The notes: generated by a model from the sequence alone, not told the origin. 64,000 bases of DNA from Bacteroidales bacterium (GCA_021205635.1 JAJPXC010000095.1:15076-79075), one strand, 5' to 3'; counted from the stretch's first letter, positions 24,781 through 35,479 are shown. Program-made: numbers and translations.

Positions 24781-26172
24781 ATGAAAATTCTTACTTCAAA
24801 ATACACACGCCGCGCTGGCCTGCTGCGCGCGGCTACTGTGGCAGCGGCCCTGCTCGCCGCGCCAGCACTGATGGCTGAAGGCCCCGGCACCGACAACCTC
24901 CCCGACCCCTCGGAGACCATCCTCCAACTGTCGGACGGCCTCAACACCGTGTGGATGCTCTTGGCCGCCATGCTCGTGTTCTTCATGCAGCCCGGTTTTG
25001 CCCTCGTGGAGGCCGGCTTCACCCGCACCAAAAATACCGCCAATATCCTTATGAAGAACTTTGTCGACTTCACTCTCGGAGCGTTGCTGTTCTGGTTCAT
25101 CGGCTTCGGGTTGATGTTCGGCGACGGCGGTTTCTTGGGCTGTCCCCACTTGTGCGACTATGAGTTCTGGAGCGGCGACGGGCTACCCTCGGCCGGATTC
25201 CTCGTGTTCCAGACGGTATTCTGCGCCACCGCGGCCACGATCGTATCGGGCGCCATGGCCGAGCGCACCAAGTTCTCGATGTACCTTGTCTACACCGTCT
25301 GCATCTCGGTGATTGTCTACCCCATCTCGGGTCACTGGACCTGGGGCGGTGGCTGGTTGATGAACGACACCGACGGCTCGTTTATGATGGACACCTTCGG
25401 GTGCGCATTCCACGACTTCGCCGGCTCCACAATCGTTCACTCCGTTGGTGGTTGGATCGCCCTTGTTGGCGCCGCCATTCTCGGCCCCCGCATCGGCAAA
25501 TACGGCAAGGACGGCAAGTCGAAAGCCATCCCCGGCCACAACTTGACGATCGCTGCCCTGGGAGTGTTCATCCTGTGGTTCGGGTGGTTCGGCTTCAACC
25601 CCGGCTCACAGCTTGCCGCCGCCACTCCCGACGACCAAGTGGCCATCTCCTCCGTGTTCTTGACCACCAACCTCGCCGCTTGTGCCGGTGGTTTCATGGC
25701 CCTCGCCGTCAGCTGGATCAAGTACGGCAAGCCCTCGCTGTCGCTTACTCTTAACGGTATTCTTGCCGGCTTGGTGGGTATCACCGCCGGGTGCGACGCC
25801 GTAGCCGCTTGGGCCGCAGTAGCAATCGGAGCCATTTGCGGCACCGTGATGATCTTCTCGGTAGAGTTTATTGACCGCGTGCTTAAGATCGACGACCCAG
25901 TGGGCGCAAGCTCAGTGCATGGCGTGTGCGGCTTCTTGGGTACAATCCTCACCGGCTTGTTCGCCACCGAGGGCGGACTGTTCCTCGGCGGAGGCTGGGG
26001 CATGTTCTTCGCTCAGCTCTTTGGAGCCGTGGTAGTGGGTTGCTGGGCAGCCGGCGCTGGCTTCATCATCTTCAAGGTGCTTGACAAGGTACACGGCCTG
26101 CGCGTAGAGCACCGCATCGAGGAGGAAGGCCTCGACATCTACGAGCACGGCGAATCAGCCTACAACATCTAA
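24781..26172 (+). CDS. amtB: Ammonium transporter
   Basis: ATG at 24781 gives a signal-like N-terminus MKILTSKY...; motifs FQTVFCATAATIVSGAMAERTKF and HSVGGWIALVGAAILGPRIGKY; the tracked start at 24469 overlaps glnK in another frame and is rejected. Confidence 0.93.
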   Translation: MKILTSKYTRRAGLLRAATVAAALLAAPALMAEGPGTDNLPDPSETILQLSDGLNTVWMLLAAMLVFFMQPGFALVEAGFTRTKNTANILMKNFVDFTLGALLFWFIGFGLMFGDGGFLGCPHLCDYEFWSGDGLPSAGFLVFQTVFCATAATIVSGAMAERTKFSMYLVYTVCISVIVYPISGHWTWGGGWLMNDTDGSFMMDTFGCAFHDFAGSTIVHSVGGWIALVGAAILGPRIGKYGKDGKSKAIPGHNLTIAALGVFILWFGWFGFNPGSQLAAATPDDQVAISSVFLTTNLAACAGGFMALAVSWIKYGKPSLSLTLNGILAGLVGITAGCDAVAAWAAVAIGAICGTVMIFSVEFIDRVLKIDDPVGASSVHGVCGFLGTILTGLFATEGGLFLGGGWGMFFAQLFGAVVVGCWAAGAGFIIFKVLDKVHGLRVEHRIEEEGLDIYEHGESAYNI

Positions 26173-26290
26173 TCAAGTGATAAGTTTTAGTGATTAGTGA
26201 TACTTAAAACTTATTTTTTCTGCTTTTCATTTTTTGCGAATTACCTGCTGTAAATTTGGGATCCCGTCGAGCCGTCGAGGCTAGGCGGGA

Positions 26291-27859
26291 TCAATTTTTG
26301 TATCGGGTGGGGGTGATGTGGCGGTAGAGGTAGAGGATCCCGTCGCGCCACGAGTCGTAGACAAACTTCACCTCCTTGCGGTAACGTATCGAGCCGATGA
26401 TAATCATCGTGATGATACCTAACAACACAGCCAACGCGAACAACTCCTTCAACGACAGCATCATAGCCTGACGCACAATCTCGCTCATAGCATCGCCAAT
26501 CGGCACATGCGACGACGTAACAGCGTTGGCCGAATTCCCCAGGAGCGCGATATTGTGCTTCAAAGCGCCCTTGAAGAAGAAACCAAACACGGCGCATCCC
26601 AAGGCCGTCCCGGCCCCTATTCGGGCGAAGCCCAGTATCGTCAACGCGTGGAAACGGTGCTCCAACGGCACAACGCCCTCAATATAGGTGGTCAGCACCA
26701 CAAACAAAAGAACATGCCCCATGCCGAAAAGAAACAACGGCAACCACATGTGGTGCAGAGCCGTGTCGGGTGAAATCAGCAGACACATCGAGATGGCGTA
26801 CATCGTCAACAGCAACACGCACAGCAGCGTCAAATTCTTCACGCCAATTCCCAGATGCTCGATAGCATAGTAACCAAACCATCCGCCGGCAATCAACCCC
26901 AACAGCACCGCCACCTTCAGCGAGATTGATCCATAGGGGTCGAAATCCAGCACCTCATGGGTAAAAATATGCTGTAACGTGCTCTCGGTGCTCATCATCA
27001 CGCAAGCAATCAAGAATACCACAGTGATAGTCACCACATTACGGTAGCGGAACGCCTTGAATGGAATATATGCCCCCGGATTGCCCGTCGTGCGGGCAAC
27101 AATCACCCCAAGTGTCAAGAGGATGACACCAACAGCCACATTAATATATGGCGAGTTGAACCAGTCGAGATTGTCGCCATAGACGCAGATGAACGTGAAC
27201 GCCAGCAACACGATGGCCCACAGCACCAAGCCCACCCAGCTGATGCCGGCCAGGCCCTGCTTGGGTATCGGCCGGAAATCGCGCATTCCGAAGAAAGCCA
27301 CGCAGGCCATCACCAATTGCAAGCCAATCGTGAGGTAATGCATGTGCTTCCACGTGGCGATATGCACAATCCACACGCCGATAATTCCCGAAATCTCAAT
27401 TGCGCAGAACACCACAAGGAATACCACAGCCAAAAACGGCGCGAAGTTGTACCTCGGCGCCACCTTGAGCATTATCGACGAGAAGCCCTCAAAGGACCCC
27501 CACAACTTAAGCACGCCAAACAGGAAACTCAAGATTATCAGCACCGGCACGCATCGGATGTGCATGCATATGCAACTGATTGTGGCCATGCCAAGGCACA
27601 CCATCAGGAAAATCTTACGGGTGGTAAAGCGGAATTTCAAGCGGAACAGGATCGGGAACGTCATCGTCACCCCAATCATACCCGCATAGCCGCAGAAAAG
27701 TATATCCTCGTTCCACAGAGACAGCGCCGACGACACCTCGGTGGACAACCCCATAAACATGGGATCGGACATCTGAAACACCAGCGGGAACATCAATATA
27801 ATCCAAAAGCGCCACCCCTCGGGCACGCTCCTGCGGAACATCGGCAGGGAGAAAGCCAT
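26291..27859 (-). CDS. MFS efflux transporter (EmrB/DHA2-like, 14-TM class)
   Basis: ATG ORF 522 aa; polytopic; start overlaps the stop of the upstream HlyD gene by 1 nt (TAATG). Confidence 0.7.
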   Translation of the reverse strand: MAFSLPMFRRSVPEGWRFWIILMFPLVFQMSDPMFMGLSTEVSSALSLWNEDILFCGYAGMIGVTMTFPILFRLKFRFTTRKIFLMVCLGMATISCICMHIRCVPVLIILSFLFGVLKLWGSFEGFSSIMLKVAPRYNFAPFLAVVFLVVFCAIEISGIIGVWIVHIATWKHMHYLTIGLQLVMACVAFFGMRDFRPIPKQGLAGISWVGLVLWAIVLLAFTFICVYGDNLDWFNSPYINVAVGVILLTLGVIVARTTGNPGAYIPFKAFRYRNVVTITVVFLIACVMMSTESTLQHIFTHEVLDFDPYGSISLKVAVLLGLIAGGWFGYYAIEHLGIGVKNLTLLCVLLLTMYAISMCLLISPDTALHHMWLPLFLFGMGHVLLFVVLTTYIEGVVPLEHRFHALTILGFARIGAGTALGCAVFGFFFKGALKHNIALLGNSANAVTSSHVPIGDAMSEIVRQAMMLSLKELFALAVLLGIITMIIIGSIRYRKEVKFVYDSWRDGILYLYRHITPTRYKN

Positions 27860-28902
27860 TATTTCTTGACGTTACATTCCACGTTCAAGCCGCTGCGCAA
27901 CAGGGCCATATCCTCGGGACGGTTGTCGTCGGTGAAAGCGATTCTCACAGGCACGCGCTGCTCCACCTTCACAAAGTTGCCCGTGGCGTTGTCTTGGGGC
28001 ACGAGCGACGTCTGTGAGCCGGTAGCGTTGGAAATCGAGGTGACCACGCCGTTGTATTTCACCCCCTTGATAGCGTCGACTGTGATTTCGATGGGAGTGC
28101 CAACGGAGATGTTGGAAAGTTGCTTCTCGCGATAGTTGGCGATCACCCAGTACTCCTTGTCGTCGAGCAGCGTGAGCAACAACTGTCCGGGCTGTATCAG
28201 CTGGCCCACCTGGATATCCTTGCGGGTGGTATAGCCGTCGCAGGGGGCGATGATTGTGCAATAGGAAAGGTTGAGACGCGCCAAGTCGAGAGCGGCCTTG
28301 GCGGCGTCAATGTTGGCGTCGTTCAGGTCCAACCGGGTCGTCTGCTCCTCCTTCACCAAGCGCGACGAGTCGCGTTGGCGCAACATCGTCTCATACCGCG
28401 CTTTCAACGCCTTGTACTGCGTTTCCACGACGTCAAATTCCTGCTGGGTCACAGCCTCATTTTCAAGCAAGTGGGAGTAACGCTTGTAATTGGTCTCGGC
28501 ATTGTCGAGATTGGCTTTCACCTCCGCGATAGCGGCCTCCGAAACGGCCACGTTGTTGCCGGCTGTGGCCACACCGCTACCGGCCACCGTGCGACCCGCA
28601 AGCGCGCTCTTGTAGTTGGCCTCGGCCTGCGCCACGGCGATCGCGTATTCCGAATCGTCAAGCACCACCAGCGTGTCGCCCTTATGGACATGCGTGTACT
28701 CGTCGAAACGTATATCATTGATAAATCCCTGAGCCTTGGAGTTGACGGCCACCATGTTCTGGCGCACAGAGGCGTTGTCGGTGAACGTGCCGCTTCCGAG
28801 GTCGATGAATTTGGCGCACACCCATACGATGCCGCACACGATAAGAGTGATGGTGATGACGTTGCCTATTACTTTTTTTGATGTCATGTAAGCTGCCGAC
28901 AT
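27859..28902 (-). CDS. HlyD/EmrA-family membrane fusion protein
   Basis: ATG ORF 347 aa; N-terminal TM anchor, long coiled coil (..AQAEANYKSALAGR.. / ..DAAKAALDLARLNL..), beta-barrel C-terminus; no TolC-like gene adjacent. Confidence 0.85.
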   Translation of the reverse strand: MSAAYMTSKKVIGNVITITLIVCGIVWVCAKFIDLGSGTFTDNASVRQNMVAVNSKAQGFINDIRFDEYTHVHKGDTLVVLDDSEYAIAVAQAEANYKSALAGRTVAGSGVATAGNNVAVSEAAIAEVKANLDNAETNYKRYSHLLENEAVTQQEFDVVETQYKALKARYETMLRQRDSSRLVKEEQTTRLDLNDANIDAAKAALDLARLNLSYCTIIAPCDGYTTRKDIQVGQLIQPGQLLLTLLDDKEYWVIANYREKQLSNISVGTPIEITVDAIKGVKYNGVVTSISNATGSQTSLVPQDNATGNFVKVEQRVPVRIAFTDDNRPEDMALLRSGLNVECNVKK

Positions 28903-29122
28903 AAGAGCGAAAACTGATTAATGGTACATTAAAGATTAGCCATCAGGGGCTATGAAGCCCCTGACAGAGGTTATTTTCACGGTCTTATGCTGGAACTCTC
29001 GGTCGCTGCCCTGTCGCGGCGACCGCCTTTATTATACGCTTCAGACGCGTCTTCGGAGCGCAAAGTTACAAAATTTTCTAAATAGATTAGTCGCCTATTT
29101 ACGCGATTACGGAAAAAATTCG

Positions 29123-30499
<1,377 letters not shown>

Positions 30500-30586
30500 T
30501 AAGTAGGTTGGCCCGTCTCGGCCCTGCTAGAAAGGAAGTCAGGCCAGCTCGGACCGACAAAAGCAAGCCTACCCTACAAAATACCA

Positions 30587-30616
30587 AGCGCGACCCCTCC
30601 CCGGGGCCGCGCTTTT
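30587..30616 (+). terminator. Rho-independent terminator of eno
   Basis: AGCGCGACCCC-tccc-GGGGCCGCGCT followed by TTTT. Confidence 0.8.
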
Positions 30617-30629
30617 CTCGTCATATTAC

Positions 30630-30689
30630 AAAAATGCACCATGGAAGGTGCATTTTTGACGAAAATTGCACCGTGGACGGTGTAATTTT
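30630..30689 (-). terminator. Twin related hairpins downstream of the helicase gene
   Basis: AAAAATGCACCatggaaGGTGCATTTTT and AAAATTGCACCGtggaCGGTGTAATTTT; each is A/T-flanked and so could act in either direction. Confidence 0.55.
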
Positions 30690-30707
30690 CAGCCTATGTC
30701 GTTCTGA

Positions 30708-32654
30708 TTAGTGTTTTCGGCCTTTGCGGGAGCCGCCTTTACCGCCCTTTCGGAACTGTGCGAAAGGTTCCTCTTGGCTGACGGCCTCGCGGGCTTTGCG
30801 GGCCGAGGCGCGGGAGTAGTCCTTGTCGGGAGAGGCGATCTCGCAGAACAGGTGCTTACCCATAAACTCGGCACCCTTCAGGGCATTGACCACACGCTTG
30901 GCGTCGCCGCGTTTCACGTCGAACAGCGAGTAGCCCGGCATCAGGTCGATTCGTCCAACGTCCACGCGCTCGCCGGGAACGTTGCGGTTGAGCGTGTCGA
31001 TCAGCGTGCCGGCGTAGAAACCGTCGCGCTTGCCGGCGTTTAGGTAAAGTCGCTCCATGCCTTTGGAGGCCGTGCGACGATCCTTCTCCTCGGCCGAACG
31101 CGGGGCGCGCTCGCCCTTCTTGGGTTTCTCCTTGCGCGGCTTCTCCTCGATGACGTCGATCTTGGGTGCGTCCTTATAGTAGTCGAGCAAGCGGTTGAAC
31201 TCAAGCGACAGCACGCGCTTCAGCAAGTCCTCCTGCGACAGCCAGCCCAGCTTGCGGCTTACACCGTCCACATATTTGTCGATTTCGGCATCGTCAACTT
31301 TCACGCGCTCGATGCGATCGGCGAGGTTATATATCTGTTTCTCGATAATATGCTGAGGCGTAGGCACTTCCTTGCGTTCGAAAGTCTTGCCGATCTTCTT
31401 CTCGATCTCTTTGAGTTTGCCCTTCTCGCGGGAGTGGATGATGGCGACAGAAGTACCCGTCTTGCCAGCGCGGCCTGTACGACCCGAGCGGTGGGTGTAC
31501 ACGGCGGGATCGTCGGGCAATCCGTAGTTGATCACGTGGGTGAGGTCGTCTACGTCAAGGCCACGGGCGGCAACGTCGGTTGCCACCAGCATCTTGATCA
31601 CGCCGTCGCGGAATTTCTTCATCGTGATGTCGCGCTGCTGCTGCGAAAGGTCGCCATGAAGGGCGTCGGCGTTGTAGCCGTCCTGGATCAGCTTGTCGGC
31701 TATCTCCTGCGTGTCGCGGCGCGTACGGCAGAAGATGATTGCGTAGATATTAGGGTTGTCATCGGCTATACGCTTAAGGGCCAAGTACTTGTCCTTAGCG
31801 TTAACCATATAGTAGACGTGCTTTACGTTGGCTGCTCCCTCGTTGCGGGTACCCACCACAAACTCCACGGGATCCTTCATGTACTTCTTGGCGATCTTGG
31901 CGATCTCGTTGGGCATCGTGGCCGAGAACATCAGCATCTTGCGATCATCGGGCACGTGGCTTAGGATCTGGTCGATATCGTCGACAAATCCCATGTTGAG
32001 CATCTCGTCGGCCTCGTCAAGAATCACCGTGTGCACGTCGTTGAGCTTCACCACGCCGCGCTTGATCAGGTCGATCAAACGGCCCGGGGTGGCCACGATA
32101 ATCTGCACGCCTTTCTTCAGCGCCCTAATCTGGCTTTCGATCGACGAGCCGCCATAGACAGGCAGCACCTTCAGGTCGGGGATATATTTCGAGAAATCGG
32201 CAAGGTCGCTACCTATCTGCAAGCACAGCTCGCGGGTAGGCGACAGAATCAGCGCCTGGGGCACGTCGCGCGACGTGTCGATACGCTGGATCACGGGCAG
32301 ACCAAACGCCGCCGTCTTTCCCGTACCTGTCTGGGCCAGAGCCACCACATCGCCCTCCTTCGACAGCAAATGTGGAATCACCTTGGCCTGCACTGGCATA
32401 GGAGTGGCAAAGCCAAGCTCCTCAATCGCCTTCACCAGACGTGGCTCCACGCCCAAGGCCGCGAACGGATTTTGTTGAGGTTTTTCCTCGTCATGGGCGG
32501 GGAGCTCCTCCACGTCGGTGTCAGCGGGGAAGATCTCGATGTCGCCCACGGGACCGTCGACAATGCCCTCAGGGATGGTTTCTACTTGAGAAGCGGGGAT
32601 TGTCTCAATCGGCTCCTCGATAGGATGATTCTCTTGCTCAATAATTTCGCTCAT
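30708..32654 (-). CDS. deaD: DEAD-box ATP-dependent RNA helicase with DbpA-type C-terminal RNA-binding domain and basic tail
   Basis: ATG ORF 648 aa; Q-motif region, AQTGTGKTAAF, DEADEML, SAT, HRSGRTGRAG; C-terminal RGG/K-rich tail. Confidence 0.9.
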   Translation of the reverse strand: MSEIIEQENHPIEEPIETIPASQVETIPEGIVDGPVGDIEIFPADTDVEELPAHDEEKPQQNPFAALGVEPRLVKAIEELGFATPMPVQAKVIPHLLSKEGDVVALAQTGTGKTAAFGLPVIQRIDTSRDVPQALILSPTRELCLQIGSDLADFSKYIPDLKVLPVYGGSSIESQIRALKKGVQIIVATPGRLIDLIKRGVVKLNDVHTVILDEADEMLNMGFVDDIDQILSHVPDDRKMLMFSATMPNEIAKIAKKYMKDPVEFVVGTRNEGAANVKHVYYMVNAKDKYLALKRIADDNPNIYAIIFCRTRRDTQEIADKLIQDGYNADALHGDLSQQQRDITMKKFRDGVIKMLVATDVAARGLDVDDLTHVINYGLPDDPAVYTHRSGRTGRAGKTGTSVAIIHSREKGKLKEIEKKIGKTFERKEVPTPQHIIEKQIYNLADRIERVKVDDAEIDKYVDGVSRKLGWLSQEDLLKRVLSLEFNRLLDYYKDAPKIDVIEEKPRKEKPKKGERAPRSAEEKDRRTASKGMERLYLNAGKRDGFYAGTLIDTLNRNVPGERVDVGRIDLMPGYSLFDVKRGDAKRVVNALKGAEFMGKHLFCEIASPDKDYSRASARKAREAVSQEEPFAQFRKGGKGGSRKGRKH

Positions 32655-32676
32655 AGTCGTTTTTGCAATTTGGGTA

Positions 32677-32684
32677 CAAAGTTA
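32677..32684 (-). promoter_or_regulatory. -7 box TAACTTTG for the DEAD-box helicase
   Basis: Reverse complement of caaagtta; 23 nt upstream of the ATG at 32654. Confidence 0.45.
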
Positions 32685-32763
32685 CAACAACTACAAGCAT
32701 AAAAAAGACGATTCATTAAGTTTTTTAACTTATCCCCGTTAAAAGGCATCTACTCACCGATAA

Positions 32764-32940
32764 AATTTTTAACCACTAAAAACACGAAAAACACAAACTC
32801 GTCTGTCGCAAATCTAAATTTTGGCTCGTAAACTCGCTGAAAAAACACTAACCATCCGGATGGTTAGTGTTTTTGGGAGCTGGCGATCCTTTTCTATATT
32901 ATAAGATTAGTGTTTTTGGTGTTTTTAGTGGTTAAAAATT
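32764..32940. mobile_element. MITE-like nested inverted repeat (33-bp terminal IRs around a perfect 34-bp palindrome)
   Basis: IR-L aatttttaaccactaaaaacacgaaaaacac (32764-32796) versus the reverse complement of IR-R 32907-32940, about 31 of 33 identical; central palindrome at 32841-32874; no ORF. Confidence 0.45.
32841..32874. terminator. Perfect 34-bp palindrome, bidirectional terminator-like
   Basis: AAAAACACTAACCATCC|GGATGGTTAGTGTTTTT; A5/T5 flanks; downstream of the phosphoesterase gene. Confidence 0.7.
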
Positions 32941-32958
32941 CAATTCCTTATGTTTTCA

Positions 32959-33468
32959 TTATATGGGGCGGAGGCGGGTGCCGAGAGTAACGACATCGAG
33001 GTCGCACGGGACGCCCTGGTCGATGGAGAAGCGGATAAGCGTGCGCTCGGTGTGCCATCCCGTATTCCCGGCGGCTCCGGGATTAATATGCAGGCAACCC
33101 CACTTAGGGTCGCGCATCACCCTTAGGATATGGCTGTGGCCGCTTACCCAAATGGTGATCCCATTATCACGGATTAGCCGCTCCACGCCAGGCGCGTATC
33201 TGCCCGGGTAACCGCCGATATGGGTCAACAGCACCTTTGCGCCCTCCACCTCAAATATCTCCACGTCGCGCAACTGACGCGCCACCTCACCCGAGTCGAT
33301 ATTGCCCCTGACGGCCCTCACCACCGGCACGATCTCCCCGAGCCGACGCAACGTGTCGACGCAGCCTATGTCGCCCGCGTGCCATATCTCGTCGCACTCC
33401 TTAAAGTACTTCACATACCTGTCGTCCCAGCAGCTATGCGTATCGCTCAGCAGTCCAATCCTCTTCAT
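32959..33468 (-). CDS. YfcE/MJ0936-family metallophosphoesterase
   Basis: ATG ORF 169 aa; LLSDTHS, HAGDIG, GNID, GHSH metal-binding motifs. Confidence 0.85.
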   Translation of the reverse strand: MKRIGLLSDTHSCWDDRYVKYFKECDEIWHAGDIGCVDTLRRLGEIVPVVRAVRGNIDSGEVARQLRDVEIFEVEGAKVLLTHIGGYPGRYAPGVERLIRDNGITIWVSGHSHILRVMRDPKWGCLHINPGAAGNTGWHTERTLIRFSIDQGVPCDLDVVTLGTRLRPI

Positions 33469-33563
33469 CTCTCATCATTTTTCCACAAAGTTACAAAAAT
33501 CCTCGTTCACCCACTATTTTCAACTTTTTAACTATCGCACTTCCAAATTAAATTGTTATATTC

Positions 33564-33583
33564 GCGTACCATTGCGCGTACCA
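33564..33583 (+). promoter_or_regulatory. Direct repeat GCGTACCA-N4-GCGTACCA, candidate TA operator
   Basis: Two identical octamers 12 nt apart (33564-33571, 33576-33583), abutting a -7-like box TATATTCG (33557-33564) and 16 nt upstream of the antitoxin ATG. Confidence 0.4.
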
Positions 33584-33598
33584 CTAAATTTTAATTAT

Positions 33599-33862
33599 AT
33601 GGCACAATACGTTTATACATCTCGCGAATTCCGTGATCGTCAATCGGAGGCCTTCTCCCGTGTGGACGCTGGTGACCGCGTTATTGTCCGCCCACGCAAC
33701 CGCAGAGGAGGCTACTTAATATTGGGATTCACTGATGATCAAATGATCCCATCACCTGAATTTCTGGCAAAAGTGGAAAAAGGCCGATCAGAATTTTTGC
33801 GTGGGGAAACCTTTAGTTTTGATAACAAGGAGGATATGAATCGCTGGCTGGATTCATTATGA
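33599..33862 (+). CDS. Type II antitoxin (Phd/YefM-like layout)
   Basis: ATG at 33599, 87 aa; overlaps the toxin start by 4 nt (ATGA); N-terminal beta-alpha region then a C-terminal tail, as in YefM; locally low GC. Confidence 0.6.
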   Translation: MAQYVYTSREFRDRQSEAFSRVDAGDRVIVRPRNRRGGYLILGFTDDQMIPSPEFLAKVEKGRSEFLRGETFSFDNKEDMNRWLDSL

Positions 33863-34137
33863 GCTACAAAATTGATTATACCCATGCAGCCAAAGTCGAT
33901 TTGGCATCTCTGAAACGATCTAATCCAATTGGATTTCGTAAGGCTAGAAAGCTCTTGGAAGAGTTGATTGATCATCCCCGAATGGGAACCGGCCACCCCG
34001 AACGCCTCAAATATTTTGGCGATACGGAAACCTGGTCACGCACTATTAACGATAAGGATCGTTTAGTATATGAAATTCACGACGAGGTGGTTACTGTTCT
34101 AGTTCTCTCAGCCTTGGGTCACTACGGCGACAAGTAA
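33859..34137 (+). CDS. yoeB: Txe/YoeB-family type II toxin (mRNA interferase)
   Basis: ATG ORF 92 aa; ..LEELIDHPRMGTGHPERLKY..WSRTINDKDRLVYEI.D..V.VL.ALGHY matches the YoeB pattern. Confidence 0.8.
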   Translation: MSYKIDYTHAAKVDLASLKRSNPIGFRKARKLLEELIDHPRMGTGHPERLKYFGDTETWSRTINDKDRLVYEIHDEVVTVLVLSALGHYGDK

Positions 34138-34268
34138 AACGTCCGTCATTTTTTATTCGCAGGTTAGGGGATTTTCGGTAACTTCGCGGTCGATTAGCTG
34201 TTATATTGATATGGCCAATAACATTCATCAGTTTGTATTTGGCTAATGACGTTTCTAAGGTAACAATT

Positions 34269-35459
34269 ATGGAAGAGGGAAAGGTAAAAGAGAAACTGTG
34301 GAACGCCAACTACCGCAAGGTGTGGGTGGCCAATTTCATGCTGTTCTTCTCGTTCATGCTGTTGACGCCGCTGCTGCCTCTATACTTGCAGGAGGAGTTT
34401 GGGGCCGACAAGGAGGCTATCGGCCTGGTGTTGGCCGGTTACTCCGTAACCACGCTAATAATCAGGCCGTTCAGCGGATATTTTGTGGATTCGTTCCCCC
34501 GCAAAATTGTCCTGCTTACGTGCTATTTGCTGTTCGCGCTGTTCTTCGGAGGATACATTTTGGCTGGCTCGTTGCTGGCGTTCACCTGGGTGAGGACGTT
34601 GCACGGCTTGCCGTTCGGAGCCGCCACGGTGTCCAACTCCACGGTCGCTATCGATGTGTTGCCCTCCTCACGACGTAGCGAAGGTATTGGATATTACGGG
34701 CTTAGCAATAACATAGCCACAGCTATCGGTCCTACGGTCGCATTGTTGATTTGGGCTGAGATCGAGAGTTTCGACTTGTTGTTCTACCTCTCGCTCGGCT
34801 TCGCCCTCATCGGTTTTTGCATCGACTCGACGTTGCAATTGAAGCCGCGACCCACGGTGCAGGGCAAGGAGAAATTGTCGTTCGACCGCTTTATCCTGTT
34901 GAAAGGTTGGAGCCAAGGCGTGGCGATGATTTGCTTCGCTTTCTCCTATGGCGTACTCGCCACATACATAGCTATTTATGGCCAAGAGGAATTGGGTATT
35001 ACCTCGGGAACAGGATTGTTCTTCGCCCTATTGGCCGGTGGCCTAATCCTGTCGCGCTTGACCGGCACCCGCACCCTACGCAAGGGGCAAATCACAAGGA
35101 ACGCTTCGGTGGGTATCGCGGTGTCGCTGCTCGGCTACTTCCTGTTCGCGTCGATGCACAACCTGTGGGGTTACTATGGAGCCGCCTTGATTATAGGCTT
35201 GGGCAACGGCCACATGTTCCCCGCATTCCAGTCGATGTTCATCAACCTCGCGCCCCACGAGCGCCGTGGCACGGCCAACTCCACCCTATTGGTATCCTGG
35301 GACGTGGGCATGGGCCTTGGCACGTTGATAGGAGGTATGGTCGCGCAGTACCACGGTTTCCACGCCGCGTTTTGGTGGGCCTGGGGAGTGAACGCCGCCG
35401 GTGCCGCCCTGTTCTACCTCTACTCCCGCGGCCACTTCCTCCGCAACAAGCTCCGCTAA
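34269..35459 (+). CDS. MFS transporter (12-TM)
   Basis: ATG at 34269 (the tracked start 34206 is TTG); motif-A-like PFSGYFVDSFPRK; 12 predicted TM segments. Confidence 0.8.
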   Translation: MEEGKVKEKLWNANYRKVWVANFMLFFSFMLLTPLLPLYLQEEFGADKEAIGLVLAGYSVTTLIIRPFSGYFVDSFPRKIVLLTCYLLFALFFGGYILAGSLLAFTWVRTLHGLPFGAATVSNSTVAIDVLPSSRRSEGIGYYGLSNNIATAIGPTVALLIWAEIESFDLLFYLSLGFALIGFCIDSTLQLKPRPTVQGKEKLSFDRFILLKGWSQGVAMICFAFSYGVLATYIAIYGQEELGITSGTGLFFALLAGGLILSRLTGTRTLRKGQITRNASVGIAVSLLGYFLFASMHNLWGYYGAALIIGLGNGHMFPAFQSMFINLAPHERRGTANSTLLVSWDVGMGLGTLIGGMVAQYHGFHAAFWWAWGVNAAGAALFYLYSRGHFLRNKLR

Positions 35460-35479
35460 AGCCACGTAGAGGAGGTTTG

